DNA of 25,049 nt. Origin: a virus (lineage: Duplodnaviria > Caudoviricetes). Where the stretch lies: positions 1 through 25,049 of IMG/VR virus record IMGVR_UViG_3300025110_000119. One strand, given 5' to 3'. How positions within the stretch are numbered: the first letter of the stretch is position 1; the number at the start of each line of letters is the position of its first letter. Positions 8,312-15,878 of the stretch are shown piece after piece. A program made the translations under genes and the position numbers. Under the pieces are notes generated by a model. The model was given only the letters and a program-made list of their open reading frames with translations, was not told where the DNA came from and searched no databases.

Positions 8312-8554
8312 ATGACAGACTTTAAGCTGGGGCATCGGGTTAAACATAAAGCAGATGGCCGCAGAGGAATGGTATTTGGACACCATGAAAGCACGGGTGT
8401 AAAAGATCTTTTATTTCCAGTTGCTTTAGAAGGTTCAACACGAAAAGAACTTTGGCCGATTGATCAAATCATTTTGATGCCAAAAGATCAGCAGCTAATT
8501 GCATTAGGTGGAAAATTTGATCCACCAAAAGGGTTTCCTCTCAACATTAAATAA
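8312..8554 (+). CDS. hypothetical protein, possibly an SH3-like barrel
   Basis: FKLGHRVKHK..GRRGMV pattern; ATG 8312 preferred over TTG 8255. Confidence 0.7.
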   Translation: MTDFKLGHRVKHKADGRRGMVFGHHESTGVKDLLFPVALEGSTRKELWPIDQIILMPKDQQLIALGGKFDPPKGFPLNIK

Positions 8555-8556
8555 CT

Positions 8557-9240
8557 ATGGCTCAATGGGCTCTGCCTCCTAATCTTCATTCGCATATTGA
8601 GGGTGGCCCATTATGTTTTCATTCCGATCACAACATCGGATCGAAAGATGGCAGAATTCCTCGCTATGCAGACAGTCATGCTTGCGTTAAATGTATTAGT
8701 GCATTAACTGAAGGACGACTAGCTCTAGATGTTCATCGCATTGAAAAACTATATAGAAGACGCTTCTTAGAATTCTGGTCTTTTGTTGAGATGGCTGGTC
8801 CTGACGAATGCTGGCCCTGGAGAGGTAAATATCATTCGCGTTGCAGGTCAAGTTACTTCTCAATCCCTAGACATTGGGGCTCTGGTCGTCAATATTCAGC
8901 AGCTCGTGTTGCCGCTTGGTTTACTTGGGGTGACCTCGGAAGACTTCCAATTAAAAATGTATGTGGAGATAACAACTGCTGTAATCCATTGCATATCCGC
9001 ATTAAAGGAGTACCTCATTATTTCCATAGGAGAACGATTGATTCAATTGATATTGACTTCAGTACACGTAAGTTAGAAAGCGAAACTCTATGTTTCCTCG
9101 AAACAACAGCCGATAAAGATCCAAGAACATTTGAACGATTAGAGAAGACAAATAAGATCTGGATCGATTGGCGGATGGGCAGCAACGAACCTGTTAACTC
9201 AATGATGGTTCCTAAATTTATGACTGAAAATAATTCCTAA
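8557..9240 (+). CDS. His-Me finger/HNH-like protein, catalytic residues apparently lost
   Basis: ECWPWRG ... SAARVAAW ... KNVCGDNNCCNPLHI scaffold; expected AHR and LHxC histidines are replaced; extra N-terminal Cys/His cluster. Confidence 0.75.
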   Translation: MAQWALPPNLHSHIEGGPLCFHSDHNIGSKDGRIPRYADSHACVKCISALTEGRLALDVHRIEKLYRRRFLEFWSFVEMAGPDECWPWRGKYHSRCRSSYFSIPRHWGSGRQYSAARVAAWFTWGDLGRLPIKNVCGDNNCCNPLHIRIKGVPHYFHRRTIDSIDIDFSTRKLESETLCFLETTADKDPRTFERLEKTNKIWIDWRMGSNEPVNSMMVPKFMTENNS

Positions 9241-9271
9241 AATAAAACTATTACTGTTCAGTTCAAGTTAG

Positions 9272-10030
9272 ATGACGTTCACGAAAGACAATGAAGCATA
9301 TTTAAGAAGTAAAGGATATTCTGGCACAAGATTCGACTCCCCTAGAGATGGTGATTTAGTCGAAAAAAATAAACATTTATACGACTCAATCATCAAAGCC
9401 GCTGGCGATGACGGTCAGTTAACACAAGCAGAGTACGAGACTATTTACAACGACCGTGGTCCTTGGGGTAAATATGCATACAATCAAGATTCAGTAACAG
9501 ATGCTTTGGCTAGGGCAGCAGCAGATAAAGGCTTTAAAATTGACCAAAATACTTTAGATAGACATGACCTCGCTTATGACGGCGATGACATCATGGCAAA
9601 AATCGAAGCAGGTGATTTCGCACCTAGCATGCAGGACAAAGACAAATATTCCTACGAAAGAACAATTGAAGATGGTGATGATCCTTACAATGTTTTTAGA
9701 TATAAAGCACAAGAACAAGAAGAAGAAAAAGAAGATGAAAAACCTGTTGAACCAGAAGTTCCAGAACCAGCTTGCCCTTCTGGACAAGTAAGAGGCACAT
9801 CAGGAGCATGCATCGAAGACAAGGAATATGCAGATAATCCTTGGGAAGAACCAAGAAAGATTCCAAAAGCAATAGATGATTTAAGGAAAGAATTGGATTC
9901 GTATTCAGGTACTGGAAGTATTGACTACCTCACTCCACACATGAGCGATCAATACAAGCCTAAAGTTGGTAGCGGTAAGTTCTCAGGCTTCTTAAGAGCT
10001 AATCAATATCAGCAAGATCGATCTAACTAG
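9272..10030 (+). CDS. acidic hypothetical protein
   Basis: 252-aa ORF, Asp/Glu-rich, with a Pro/Glu linker and a C-x10-C mini-loop. Confidence 0.85.
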   Translation: MTFTKDNEAYLRSKGYSGTRFDSPRDGDLVEKNKHLYDSIIKAAGDDGQLTQAEYETIYNDRGPWGKYAYNQDSVTDALARAAADKGFKIDQNTLDRHDLAYDGDDIMAKIEAGDFAPSMQDKDKYSYERTIEDGDDPYNVFRYKAQEQEEEKEDEKPVEPEVPEPACPSGQVRGTSGACIEDKEYADNPWEEPRKIPKAIDDLRKELDSYSGTGSIDYLTPHMSDQYKPKVGSGKFSGFLRANQYQQDRSN

Positions 10031-10065
10031 AATAAGAAAAAGTATTTAATTTCTGTAGATAAATA

Positions 10066-10716
10066 ATGTCAGCAATCAAGATAGACCCCGAAACCGAGAA
10101 GAAGTGGGCTAAAGAAAGAACCAAAACGTGGCTTCAAGAAACTTATAAAAACGAGCTTGGTCGCGATCTAGGTGATGAAGGAGAAAAATATTGGACAGCA
10201 GATATCCATGATCGAGGTCAAACAGAAGATCAAGTACTAGCAAATATCAGACGCAGTGATGAATACAAGGCATATCAAAGAGGCAAAGGAGAAGGAGATG
10301 CAACTCTTCCTGTAATTCCAGGTCCAATTATTGATGATCCAACAAAGCCAGTTCCAAAGCCAAAACCTCAAAAACCAAAATACGATTACACCCCTGACCC
10401 AGACAGGAAATACAACAAGTATTGGGATTCAATAGATGCAGCAGCAGACACTGGGAATCAGATGACTGATGATTATTATCGTCGCTTCCTGCCCCAGATG
10501 CGTAATGAAGTGCTTCTTGGAATTAATGAAATAGGCGCGGCTGATCGTTATCACGGAGATAGGTACGAGGGAAAACCTCCTACTTATTCAGATCCAAAGG
10601 AATTATTCGACTACTACAAAAGCAAAACAGGTGACTCCGACGACTCCAGCAACGATACAGTTAAAGAATTAGAAAAAAGAATTAAAGAGTTAGAGGATAA
10701 GTACACCATCAAGTAA
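10066..10716 (+). CDS. DUF4214-like domain protein with Pro-rich linker
   Basis: LQETYKNELGRDLGDEGEKYW...GQTEDQVLANIRRSDEY. Confidence 0.8.
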   Translation: MSAIKIDPETEKKWAKERTKTWLQETYKNELGRDLGDEGEKYWTADIHDRGQTEDQVLANIRRSDEYKAYQRGKGEGDATLPVIPGPIIDDPTKPVPKPKPQKPKYDYTPDPDRKYNKYWDSIDAAADTGNQMTDDYYRRFLPQMRNEVLLGINEIGAADRYHGDRYEGKPPTYSDPKELFDYYKSKTGDSDDSSNDTVKELEKRIKELEDKYTIK

Positions 10717-10755
10717 TAATCCTTGTTAAGGTTTATTAAGTATCTTGCGGAATGT

Positions 10756-10941
10756 ATGACTAAGCAGACAGTTTCGAATAAAGAATTTGTCACCGAATCA
10801 TATCGTAGTTTGCTGAATCGAGAGCCAGATTCTGAAGGATTGCAGTACTGGATTGATGATATAGAAAAGCGTGGGCAATCCCGAGACGATGTTGTTGCCA
10901 ATATCAAGCTCAGCGATGAATATCAAGCGATGGATTCTTAA
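10756..10941 (+). CDS. stand-alone DUF4214-like protein
   Basis: FVTESYRSLLNREPDSEGLQYWIDDIEKRGQSRDDVVANIKLSDEY; ATG 10756. Confidence 0.85.
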   Translation: MTKQTVSNKEFVTESYRSLLNREPDSEGLQYWIDDIEKRGQSRDDVVANIKLSDEYQAMDS

Positions 10942-11027
10942 GGATCAATTTATCTAATTTGCAAGATACAGCTTGCACTAGCTAACTAAGTGGTCTAACT
11001 TCCGCATAGAAGTTTAGGCTGTTCGTC

Positions 11028-11816
11028 GTGTCCTTCGATCAATTTGCTGTCCAAAGAATTGGTGGAGAAGAACAACCACAGAAGCTTTTATATTCAGTTT
11101 TTAAAACCTTAACCGATCGCACCCATAAACCAGTTGCAAATCTTCTTAAGGAAGATGACGAGACCTCCTTAGCAGAAGATGAAAGTGGTGATCTTTTTAT
11201 AAAGCAATGGGCACCAGCAATTAAAGAACAGACGAAAATAACCCAAGAAGCTTTTATCCCTTTCGATCATCCTCACTTAACTCTCCATATAAGAGGAGAT
11301 AGAACCACATTGTCTGATTTGAAAGAGATGTCTCAATCTCTATGTTTTAATTCCCAGTCGATATATGAGACTGCTGATAGCTATCGTAGACCTGTTAAAG
11401 ACTTCAACCATTGCCTCGAAGAATTTGTTTATTCAAGAGTGGTTGGTTTTTACTCGCCTGAAGATGAGGCTGATTTTAAATGGACTGAACAAGATAGAAA
11501 TGAACAATTAGCAGCCTCCTATTCACAATTAATTGACTTCAATGCCGCACGGGAGAAAGGGATTGCTAAAGAAGTCGCTCAGGAATCTTTGCCACAAAAT
11601 TTGTTAATTAACGCTACAGTAACTGCAAGTCTCGGCGATTGGCTACGTCTACTTGAGCGAGCAAGCTTGATGCGTAGCAGCTTCGAAATGAAGACGATCG
11701 TTGACAAAATTGCAGAAGAAATTCGCAAGTGGGTTCCCGAGATTTACAAGTGGTGGTATTCAGGATTTGAAAAGAAAAGAGCAAGGAAGAAGCAATCTAA
11801 ATCAATCGCAGCATGA
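11028..11816 (+). CDS. thyX: ThyX (flavin-dependent thymidylate synthase) homologue with degenerate active site
   Basis: PFDHPHLTL, FNSQSIYET, LEEFVYSRVVGFYS, GIAKEVAQESLP and KWVPEIYKWW align by eye with cyanobacterial ThyX; the (R/T)HR-x7-S-x-R signature is broken. Confidence 0.75.
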   Translation: MSFDQFAVQRIGGEEQPQKLLYSVFKTLTDRTHKPVANLLKEDDETSLAEDESGDLFIKQWAPAIKEQTKITQEAFIPFDHPHLTLHIRGDRTTLSDLKEMSQSLCFNSQSIYETADSYRRPVKDFNHCLEEFVYSRVVGFYSPEDEADFKWTEQDRNEQLAASYSQLIDFNAAREKGIAKEVAQESLPQNLLINATVTASLGDWLRLLERASLMRSSFEMKTIVDKIAEEIRKWVPEIYKWWYSGFEKKRARKKQSKSIAA

Positions 11817-11826
11817 GGCTTTCTCT

Positions 11827-12042
11827 ATGGAAAGCACCAACGATCTATTTGAATTACATTCATCCATCAGTTTATTAATTGATTCTTTTCTAGAAGATCC
11901 AAAATACAGGCAATACGTTCCCCTTCTAACCCAAGCGGAATACATAGCAGATCATTTGTTAGTTCAAACGCAGAACATGAATTTGCATGGCAAGACCGAA
12001 GCCTACAGAACTTTTAGTCAAGTTCTTTCCAGAACTCATTGA
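11827..12042 (+). CDS. hypothetical protein
   Basis: In-frame ATG 11827 within track ORF 11701..12042; fills the operon gap. Confidence 0.55.
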   Translation: MESTNDLFELHSSISLLIDSFLEDPKYRQYVPLLTQAEYIADHLLVQTQNMNLHGKTEAYRTFSQVLSRTH

Positions 12043-12442
12043 CAAGTCTGTACCGACCAAGAATAAAGAAGCATCTAAAGAATTAAACGTCAGAGTCTGT
12101 GAAGCAATTATTTCTGATCTGATCGGGAAGTTTGATTCCTTATTTAGTTACATGGGCGAAGGGGCTTTGATCGTCAAGCTCGCTACTCGTCACGGCAAAG
12201 AAACCATTCAAACGCAAAACTATATCAACCGATTCTCACTTGAGAGAGATCTAGCAGAAGCAAAGAAAGCAGGCGATGCAACGGTTGAGGAGTTCTTAAA
12301 AGATGTCTTAGCGAAAGTCAAGAAGTGCAAATTTGACGATGAAATCTGCATCCTCCTACTAGACAACTCTGGAGGATCTGCTGCAATTCTGCCAAGAGAT
12401 AATCCGGCGAAACGAATACAAACAATGATTGATGAGCTGTAA
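11987..12442 (+). CDS. hypothetical protein
   Basis: 151-aa ATG ORF with globular alpha/beta-like composition. Confidence 0.85.
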   Translation: MARPKPTELLVKFFPELIDKSVPTKNKEASKELNVRVCEAIISDLIGKFDSLFSYMGEGALIVKLATRHGKETIQTQNYINRFSLERDLAEAKKAGDATVEEFLKDVLAKVKKCKFDDEICILLLDNSGGSAAILPRDNPAKRIQTMIDEL

Positions 12443-12444
12443 TC

Positions 12445-13071
12445 ATGGCTCAGACAGAAAGACTTTATAAATGTGACTTAGCCCCACCAGCCCCAGTCAT
12501 TCAGGGAGCTCGTAGTGTTCTCGGCACGATTGATCTTGACCCCTACTCAACGAAAGACATTAATCGTTCAGTCATGGCTGCTCGATTCTTCGACCGAGAT
12601 AAAGAAACCTTAGAAAGCATTATCCATAAAACATGGGATACGCCCAATGAAGGAAGAGTCTTCGTTGGGGCTCCTACGGGTGCAGCCCTAACAAGAAGAC
12701 TCATCAATAAGACACTAGCTGAATATAGACAAGGTCGGATCAGTCATGCCGTGATTTGGATGGCTCATAACGAGGCAATCATTCGAGCGCCTTGGCTATG
12801 GGACTTTCCAATGTGCATCCCATTTAGAAGGCTTCGACCCCAGTGGTGGGATGACGAACTGGAAACATTCAGAGGGGTTTCTCCTTCTGATTGGTCCGCC
12901 ATCGCGTACCTACCACCGACTGATCCAAACAAATTTCATACTGCGCTATCGAGATTCCATAACGTCTTTAGCCCAATCGGCAGAGTTGTTTTCAACGAAT
13001 ACAGCGGTGAGGGTGACTGGGATGAGTCCTACAAAATTGCATTCGGGAAAAATTATGATTACCGAGGTTGA
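12445..13071 (+). CDS. phage N6-adenine DNA methyltransferase homologue lacking NPPY
   Basis: ARSVLGTIDLDPYS, AEYRQGRISHAV and WDFPMCIPFRRL match phage Dam-like proteins; GRVFVGAPT occupies the GRVxxNPPY position. Confidence 0.75.
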   Translation: MAQTERLYKCDLAPPAPVIQGARSVLGTIDLDPYSTKDINRSVMAARFFDRDKETLESIIHKTWDTPNEGRVFVGAPTGAALTRRLINKTLAEYRQGRISHAVIWMAHNEAIIRAPWLWDFPMCIPFRRLRPQWWDDELETFRGVSPSDWSAIAYLPPTDPNKFHTALSRFHNVFSPIGRVVFNEYSGEGDWDESYKIAFGKNYDYRG

Positions 13072-13495
13072 TACAGACAGAACGGAAGTAGATAGTTTCC
13101 TTGCTCCAGACGGAAACACATACTTAACGATTCGATCTGTTGTTTACGATTCGTGGATTATCTGGCAAGACGCGATTCCTTTTGAAAAAGATTTGCGCTT
13201 GATGTTAACTCAAGAGATCTACGACAACATCGTTGAGCTTGGTACTCGTGTGCATAAACTACATCAATCGCTTCCTGGCTATAAGGCTCTAACAGAATCT
13301 CCATTCGACTTTGTCTTATGGTTCGATCCTCTAGACTCAGATCCAGATTGGAACGAAGGTAAGAAATGTAGATTTATGATTAAGGATTTCACAGCAGATG
13401 AACTCGTCTACTTCAACACGCTAAAGAAAGCAAATAAACTAGAAGTCAAGCCGATGACCAGTCGTCTGGTCGAAGCAAAGATCCCTGTCAAGTAA
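13055..13495 (+). CDS. possible degenerate peptidase M15 (endolysin-like) homologue
   Basis: IIWQDA..R..TQEIYDNIVELGTRVHKL..PFDFVLWFDP..DWNEGKKCRF resembles the M15 scaffold (NI..LA..L..PF.ITSWYRP..S.H..G.AVD) without SxHxxGxAxD. ATG 13055 overlaps the previous gene. Confidence 0.5.
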   Translation: MITEVDTDRTEVDSFLAPDGNTYLTIRSVVYDSWIIWQDAIPFEKDLRLMLTQEIYDNIVELGTRVHKLHQSLPGYKALTESPFDFVLWFDPLDSDPDWNEGKKCRFMIKDFTADELVYFNTLKKANKLEVKPMTSRLVEAKIPVK

Positions 13496-13497
13496 CT

Positions 13498-13644
13498 ATG
13501 AATTGCTGGCATTGCAATACGGAGCTGGTCTGGGGAAGTGATTCGGATCTTCCAATTCCAAGCGACGAATATGATTTCGTTACTTTTCTGTGGTGTCCAA
13601 ACTGTGAGTCAGACACTGAGGTTTATCACAAGAAACAGGCTTAA
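13498..13644 (+). CDS. small CxxC-CxxC zinc-ribbon protein, 48 aa; not in ORF track
   Basis: MNCWHCNTELVWGSDSDLPIPSDEYDFVTFLWCPNCESDTEVYHKKQA*; starts 2 nt after the previous stop. Confidence 0.85.
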   Translation: MNCWHCNTELVWGSDSDLPIPSDEYDFVTFLWCPNCESDTEVYHKKQA

Positions 13645-13899
13645 TCAGGTTCCTAAATTTCCATACCTTGCTTCGAACAAGGCTTTTCTTGCGCCGTATT
13701 TCTCCAAGTCTTCTCTAAATAATTGATTATCTTCTCCTTGCTGAGCAGTTCGTTGATTCATAACTCGGATGCCACTTCCACCATCGAGAGATCTTCTTCC
13801 CCCAGTAGAACCTCCATAGTTCTGAGAGTCATGATTAAACTTCCTAGCCTTAGCCAGATGCCTTTTTACTAAAGCACTTTTTCTATTAGTCAATGCCAT
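13645..13899 (-). CDS. basic hypothetical protein
   Basis: 84-aa ATG ORF with GGAG RBS, overlapping the upstream gene. Confidence 0.75.
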   Translation of the reverse strand: MALTNRKSALVKRHLAKARKFNHDSQNYGGSTGGRRSLDGGSGIRVMNQRTAQQGEDNQLFREDLEKYGARKALFEARYGNLGT

Positions 13900-14134
13900 A
13901 TTCAGCTCCTAAAAGTAAAAGTTTTTCCGGCCATTGATCTCTGGGGATGTACTTGATCATTAAGTAGAAATGAAAGTTATGGATCAATGTGAACATAACA
14001 ATCACCAGCGTTGGATTAATCCCTCTTGATTCATTGAGAAGAGCATTGCATAACGCAAATCCCTCTAAGAGTTGACGCTCCATTACAGCAAGAGTCAGAA
14101 GCTTTTTCCTGTCTTTGTGATCTATGTCACTCAA
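13886..14134 (-). CDS. hypothetical protein
   Basis: 82-aa GTG ORF with one hydrophobic segment. Confidence 0.65.
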   Translation of the reverse strand: MSDIDHKDRKKLLTLAVMERQLLEGFALCNALLNESRGINPTLVIVMFTLIHNFHFYLMIKYIPRDQWPEKLLLLGAEYGID

Positions 14135-14191
14135 TACGCTTGATCTGTCTTACACTTAACACTATCCTAGGCAGAATAGAAGAGGAACTAA

Positions 14192-14581
14192 GTGAAGACT
14201 CGTTTTGATCTTGTGCCTTGGGATGCTGTTGCAGACATCGCTGATGTCCTCCAGTATGGCGCTGCAAAGTATGGGGCGCATAATTGGTGCAGAGGTGCCC
14301 ACTGGAGCAGATACTTCTCGGCTCTATGCAGACATGTATTCGCATGGTGGAGAGGAGAAGACAGGGATAGAGAAACAGGGAAAAGCCACCTTGCCCACGC
14401 TGGATGCTGCTTGCTCTTTCTAATGGAATACCAGCGAAATAGTTGGGGCACAGATGATCGTTTTACTGGTCCAGATGATCAGATATTCAACAAAGATGAC
14501 GGCCTCTCGAAAGATACATTTAGCATGGAATTATACGAACAAATTAGCAAAGCTGATCCCATCGATTTAGGTTTGGAGTAA
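14192..14581 (+). CDS. dATP/dGTP diphosphohydrolase-domain protein (DUF5664)
   Basis: KTRFDLVP, VLQYGAAKYGAHNWCRG, SRYFSALCRH, GEDRDRETGKSHLAHA. Confidence 0.9.
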   Translation: MKTRFDLVPWDAVADIADVLQYGAAKYGAHNWCRGAHWSRYFSALCRHVFAWWRGEDRDRETGKSHLAHAGCCLLFLMEYQRNSWGTDDRFTGPDDQIFNKDDGLSKDTFSMELYEQISKADPIDLGLE

Positions 14582-14583
14582 CC

Positions 14584-14748
14584 ATGAAATCAGATCATTC
14601 AAGCTGTCAATGTACACATTGCAAGGAGATTGTATGCCAACAAAAACGTATGGAGAACTGGCAATTAACTCGCAGAAAATTTAATTCATTCGTAGAAGAG
14701 AAGGCACTATCAGTAAGGCCAGATATTATTGCTCAGCTCTCTTCTTAG
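14584..14748 (+). CDS. small Cys/His-cluster protein, 54 aa; not in ORF track
   Basis: MKSDHSSCQCTHCKEIVCQQKRMENW...; GGAG RBS, 2 nt after the previous stop. Confidence 0.65.
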   Translation: MKSDHSSCQCTHCKEIVCQQKRMENWQLTRRKFNSFVEEKALSVRPDIIAQLSS

Positions 14749-14863
14749 AGAGTATTTGTATTTGTTTCCACCAATAATCTTTCTCGCCTTCTTCTATCCA
14801 GGGTGAATGGTACATCACGTATGCATTCTTTATCTGTTCGTAAATATTGGATTCTTCTTTCAC
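14726..14863 (-). CDS. small hypothetical protein, 45 aa; not in ORF track
   Basis: GTG start in a GTGA overlap with the upstream stop; KEESNIYEQIKNAYVMYHSPWIEEGEKDYWWKQIQILSKKRAEQ*. Confidence 0.55.
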   Translation of the reverse strand: MKEESNIYEQIKNAYVMYHSPWIEEGEKDYWWKQIQILSKKRAEQ

Positions 14864-15018
14864 TTCTTCTGCTTCCTAATCTCCACAGAAATTGGACTAT
14901 CTAATATATTGACGATTTTCATGTACGCATAGGCAGTAAATACCTGTGGAACGATGAAAGCAATCATTGCGATCACCCAAAACACGTAATAATAATTCTC
15001 CTTATTTTGTGTTCTCAA
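14860..15018 (-). CDS. small membrane protein, 52 aa; not in ORF track
   Basis: TTG start; MRTQNKENYYYVFWVIAMIAFIVPQVFTAYAYMKIV...; one TM helix. Confidence 0.7.
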   Translation of the reverse strand: MRTQNKENYYYVFWVIAMIAFIVPQVFTAYAYMKIVNILDSPISVEIRKQKK

Positions 15019-15024
15019 TGTTAT

Positions 15025-15495
15025 TTACTGGCGAGGCTTTCTACTTCTAGGCTTCATTTGCTTCTGTAACGCCTCCATCTGGGGAAGACTCATCTGTGTC
15101 TGAGCTGGTTGCTGGATTGGAGAGGATGCTTCTTGTATACGTGCCTCTAGCTCTTTCATTTTTGCTACGTTCTGCCTGTTTAATTCTTCGTATGCTGGCG
15201 GCATTGGAGGCATCTGAGCAGGAGCTGGTGGCTGCTGAACAGGGATCTGTGCAGTTAACTGAGCAGCCATTGTTGTTAGTTCTGACTGAACTTGCTGAGC
15301 TACTAAAGGAGGAACTTTGTTAATGACATCTTGTACTTCAGTTCTAGAAATGTAATCAGGTAAAACCTTCTCAACTTTCTCTATCCTTCTAGCTAGTTCT
15401 GGATCTTGCGTTGATCCTTTAAGACCGATCGTGACGAATTGACCTGTTGCTAAGCCAACAACAACCGCTGCCGCACTGGCAATGAGTACTTCCAT
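15025..15495 (-). CDS. membrane-anchored Gln/Pro-rich protein
   Basis: N-terminal hydrophobic helix followed by coiled coil and PQ-rich segments. Confidence 0.85.
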   Translation of the reverse strand: MEVLIASAAAVVVGLATGQFVTIGLKGSTQDPELARRIEKVEKVLPDYISRTEVQDVINKVPPLVAQQVQSELTTMAAQLTAQIPVQQPPAPAQMPPMPPAYEELNRQNVAKMKELEARIQEASSPIQQPAQTQMSLPQMEALQKQMKPRSRKPRQ

Positions 15496-15545
15496 AAACT
15501 ATGTCTTGCAGAATGTAATCTAATTGATACGCGCTCAAACTGCCA

Positions 15546-15878
15546 CTATTCGTCGTTTCCTAGGACAATCGCATCCATGTCTAGCTCAAAGTTGGTCGAA
15601 TCAATAATGTCCTGCAACGACTCTTCCTCTTCTTCACAGAAGGCTAAATCAGTATCATTATCTTCCATTATTCTTGACGGCAAGGAAGCTGTTCCTTCTG
15701 TAAATTTAAAAGCAAAACCAGCGTCCTTGCTAGCCATAAGAAAGACTTGCTTCTGTGTGAATCTCCCCTCCCAACAATCTAGTAATGCTGCGATCAAGTC
15801 TTCCCTCGAGTAGTCCCTGATCTCGATTGCAATCTTTTGAAGCAGGTATGCTTGCTCCATCGTTAGATCTGGGTTCAT
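15546..15878 (-). CDS. NblA-like protein with acidic C-terminal extension
   Basis: LTMEQAYLLQKIAIEIRDYSREDLIAALL resembles NblA L(S/T)xEQxF...SREQ; ATG 15878 preferred. Confidence 0.55.
   Translation of the reverse strand: MNPDLTMEQAYLLQKIAIEIRDYSREDLIAALLDCWEGRFTQKQVFLMASKDAGFAFKFTEGTASLPSRIMEDNDTDLAFCEEEEESLQDIIDSTNFELDMDAIVLGNDE

Noticed and set aside
12851-13054. N-terminal 68 aa of track ORF 12851..13495
   Set aside because: Lies inside the MTase-like gene; ATG 13055 gives a normal short overlap.
14192-14581. 2-aminoadenine (Z) genome pathway
   Set aside because: No PurZ or DatZ in the window; DUF5664 alone is common in phages.
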